DNA of 63,000 nucleotides, filler included, from Perkinsus chesapeaki ATCC PRA-425 (Eukaryota; Protista; Perkinsozoa): NCBI GenBank assembly GCA_013115145.1. It is 4 parts of 4 records of this genome, joined end to end, with 100 filler letters (N's around TTAATTAATTAA, not from the genome) between each part and the next. Parts side by side here need not be neighbours in the genome. Positions count along the whole stretch, not along the records: positions 59,180 to 63,000 come from JAAPAO010001351.1; 3 more parts are not named here. One strand, 5' to 3'. Shown piece by piece: positions 59,300 to 63,000 of this stretch (position 1 is its first letter; each line of letters starts with the position of its first letter). The notes under the pieces were generated by a model. It saw only the letters and a program-made list of their open reading frames with translations, ran no database searches and was not told where the DNA came from. The position numbers and the translations under genes were made by a program.

Positions 59300-62200
59300 A
59301 TTCCATCACGAGCTCTCCATGAACGGACATTCAAGAGTGCCCACAACGAACGCGTTCTGCGAATTCGATACAGTACAGTACGAGTAGTTGGGCTCACGCT
59401 CAATGCCATCATTCATTGCAAATGAAGGTGCAGCTACCCCCGCCACTTGTGGTTGAAATCGGACTGTTGGGACTCCACAACAAACACAACATTCAAGTCA
59501 GTTTGCAGCATACATGGTATCACATAATTTTGTACATGGTTATCTTATAGATTGTGTTCTATGACGAATGAGTTCCCCTTCAGCCTGAAAGGGACGAATA
59601 GTCAACGCGGGCCCTGTGCTTGTTGTACTAACCTCATCCACTCGACGTTTAAGAGTTTCATTTTCATCTTGTAAGGAACGGTACTGTTGTATAAGTATTG
59701 TCGGTGTTTGTGAACTCCCTGGAGAAAACGGTTATTTCTTTCGTCGACCTACTTAGGCTAAAGATACTCACTCTTTTGTTTTTCGCTGAGCACAGCAGCA
59801 TTAAGCCTTCCTATTTCCCTATTGCCATTTTCAAGCAAAGCATGCTTCGCCCATGCTTGGAAATATACACTCAGTAAGTAGCCCTCGCTTCTTCCCATAA
59901 GTGCTAGAAGAGACTTTCGCCAAAGTTCCTCATAACGTCCCTAAAGCATCATCGACTCATCACCAGTTATTCGGCAAACCTTTCTCCGTTCACTCTCCGT
60001 GACACGCCTTTCCAAGTCGGCCTTCTCTTTCCTATGCCGCTGTTCTTCAAGTCGGACATGACGTTCATTTTCCGCCATTGCCTTTGCGTAAGCCCTAATA
60101 ATATTATTAGCTGCAGATTCCGTTGTAGAGGCGACAAGACCGCCGACGACGTACTCGTTGAAGGTTGCCGTGCCTCCGCCTGTTCGCCACCATTTCAATT
60201 CCCGCTTGGCGTCGTTCAACGCCGTCTCCAATACTCTACATCTCTCCGTCAGGCATTCTGTTACATGTTCCAAGGAGTGCAGGAGGTCTAAAGCACAACA
60301 CTATAGTTGACGGACCTTCGAGACTTACGTTGTGTTTCGGTTTCATCGTCCTTTCGACCAGTAAGTGCATCAAGTAGCTGTTCCAATGTGCCTCTATCAT
60401 CATTCTCATCATTTTCCCCACCTAAAACAAGCGGGTTACACATTCTCCCACAAGCACGTACTCCTCGGTGTCGTAGCAATAGAACTAGACACTGATGGCA
60501 GCACCTACGAGAGCTCCCTGAACCGAAGCTGACTAATGGTGTAGCTCACAGGATCGACAAATACCACCGGGGGGCCTTCGGTGGATGTTAAAGGAGGGCG
60601 ATGAGGCGAAGTAGCCCTAGTATCGTTTGCTTTTGCTAATGATTTCACCTTCTCGCGGAGTTGACGTATCTGAGTTAAGCTGCGATTCGAATTGAACCAT
60701 TGTCATCGCTGTCAAGAGATGTCCTTTCCTCCTTTGCCTTACCTCTTCCTCTGCGGCTCCAATGCTACTAGAATTTTCTCTCTCAAGTAAAGCTACCTGA
60801 GGGAGTACCGAATACTAACCGTGAATGACGCCTGCCAACCTGCTCTTCCTTTCGCTTCAAGTCTTTCGCAATTCTCTGGGCCTCTAACAATGCAGTATCT
60901 CTCTCTTCTGTTACCTGGAGTCATCAGACTACCTCAGCCATTCACCACCACTTCAACCCTCTAAAAAGTCAGATGTTTACCTTTTCAAGCTCTTTTGTAG
61001 CTTTATTGAGCATGTCAATAGCCTGTTCCTTATCGGCAGGGTGGAGAACTGGTGACAGTGGACGGGGTGTGATTCCCTATTAATTGTTGAAGGGATGACG
61101 TCATTCCCTTTACTTGACTATTTCGTCGCCTTTCTTTGTCTAAGTCTTGTTCTAGATTGTGCATTCTACCCTATCATCATCTCATTGCCTGTACCACTCC
61201 AGAGTTAGCCTCACTTCAGTGTCCCGTAGTCTATCCCTCAACCCATTAACGTCTCCAATATCAGCTTGAGATGCTGAGAATTAGGAGCTGTATAAAACTG
61301 ACTCTCGACTTATCGTAATGCGAAGGCGTTCATAACAGCGGATCGAGGCTACTTCTTCTCTCAAAGTCAAAAGCTCTTCTTTCTTGTTTCAATGTGCCCC
61401 GTTGTTCGGCTAATGATCTCCTCTCATTATTTATCATTTCCATCAGCCTTTCGATTTCTCTCATTATCATCGCCTCTTGTTTGGGCAAAGAGTCATTCAA
61501 TTCCTTGCTGGCTTTGAATACCGGTTCCATCTACTAGGAGCTCGATTGTAATTGGCGATCTACGAGTGTCTGTCTACCTTCTTCCGGATATGCGTTCCCT
61601 TAGCTCCCAAGCGTAGAGCTGTTTTCAACCGTGACTCGGCATCTTGGATCTGACTCAAGCTCACTGTACCGGACTGCTGTGGCATCCAATTTTGAACAAC
61701 TAGCACCGGCAACAAGCTTGACGTACCCCATCGTTGGCAACTTCAACAGCAATGATGTGACAACACCAGCACGCGAAATGCTAACATTAATTGTTATCTT
61801 GTTCGTAACAACCTCGCATCACCCCATTCTCTGAAAGGCAAGAATGTTTTCCATAGCGTCGCATTTCACCTCAAGTCGCTCAAGAGTGTAGTAAGCTGGT
61901 CATTAGTTCCAGGCTTCGATGAGATTTGCCGACGATTCACCTCCTGTAGCTCAGTTCAAACACATGATTTTGGTGCTTCTCACTGAGTCAGCCTTAGCAT
62001 CAGTTTGGGTAGCGACAGTTTTTCTATCGTTCTTTGGTTTGTATGAACGCCGCCGTTGATGTTTCTCTTTATTGTATTGTTGAAGTCGCTGAAAGGATTT
62101 AGTTCAAAGAGCCAGTCGCTATGACATACGACTATCTCTACATAGTGTGTTTCAAGCTACCACTAGTAAATAGGATCGGAGTCATTTCTACGGCAAGATA

Positions 62201-63000
62201 TTCCTCCCGCGCTCTGCGCTTTGCTTCTCGTATTAGCCCTTCATCAGTTGGTTCATATAAGGGGTTGAACCTCAAAGCCTTTTCAACAGATTCTGTGAAA
62301 GCCAACACTGCGCTTTCTTCCAGCGACTTATCCAAACTTCGGTTACCCTATAAACGGCTTATCATACTATACTTCAGGGGCTGTCTCACAGCAGTGAAGC
62401 CACTCTGAAGATCGGATATAATAAGGTGGGCCATATTTTCGATTTCAGCTGTGACGAGCAGCTCTCGTATCACTTTGTTCACCCAGTTATCGACGGAGTT
62501 TGCCATTCGTAATAATCAACTAGTTGATTTATCAAATCGAAGCGGATCATCACAGTAGATCCAAATTATCGATTCCCAATGCAAAGGAATAGACGGTCGT
62601 GGCTGCGATGTTCTAGTCAATTTTAAGGGTAACCGGAGGGGTATTCTCCTAAAGTTGATAGACATCAACATGAGCTATAGATAACATTGACAACACAGCA
62701 ATCGAAAATTTACGGAGAATCAACAACAGGCTAGATTGCTCTGACTCTAGCTTAACAATATAGTAGCAAAAAGGTTGATAAAATAGAAATTACGATATGT
62801 TTACATAGTAGAAGGAGTAACTTCGCCCTTCGATTCATCTTCAAGAGAACGCATGAACTGGAAGAAGGCAAATTCGCTTGTCTTAAGACCATTAGCATAG
62901 ACAAACTCATCGGCAATCCAAGTGGCTACCATAGCATTAAGATAAGCCTCGGGAGTGTTCTCGATGATCTTATCCAAACCACAATGGACAAGTAGTAATC
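59300..63000 (-). CDS. large multi-exon coiled-coil protein, 5'-partial
   Basis: Glu/Arg/Lys-rich heptad-like exons (LETALNDAKRELK, EEQRHRKEKADLERR, INNERRSLAEQRGTLKQERR, EAKRRAREE) with GT-AG boundaries; continues beyond the window; 3' end approximate. Confidence 0.6.

Overview
Gene-dense, intron-rich eukaryotic DNA. It is most consistent with an alveolate of the Perkinsus type, inferred from the many ~40-60 nt GT-AG introns, moderate GC and an intronless secreted pepsin-like protease. The window holds four contigs joined by artificial 100-nt spacers (44 N + TTAATTAATTAA + 44 N) at 26415, 40074 and 59080, so adjacency across those points is not biological evidence. Recognisable genes: A1 aspartyl protease, SLC35F6/CRT-like DMT transporter, DEAD-box (DEFD) RNA helicase, cyclophilin, CorA Mg2+ transporter, Xaa-Pro aminopeptidase P (13 exons), tRNA-Leu(AAG), APP1/DUF2183-type HAD phosphatase, CLASP/TOG-domain protein and LSm1. 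Several multi-exon hypothetical genes have unresolved boundaries. The most interesting signals are: (1) a 26.6-32.1 kb island with two paralogous small secreted proteins and an 8-Cys secreted peptide around hairpin-rich ORF-poor DNA; (2) aminopeptidase P introns that share a 22-nt 5' motif and carry minisatellites and inverted copies (introner-like or repeat-colonised); (3) a recurring class of long palindromes with a single-base spacer; (4) a degenerate tRNA-like element that may be a SINE head. All alignments and splice models were done by eye.
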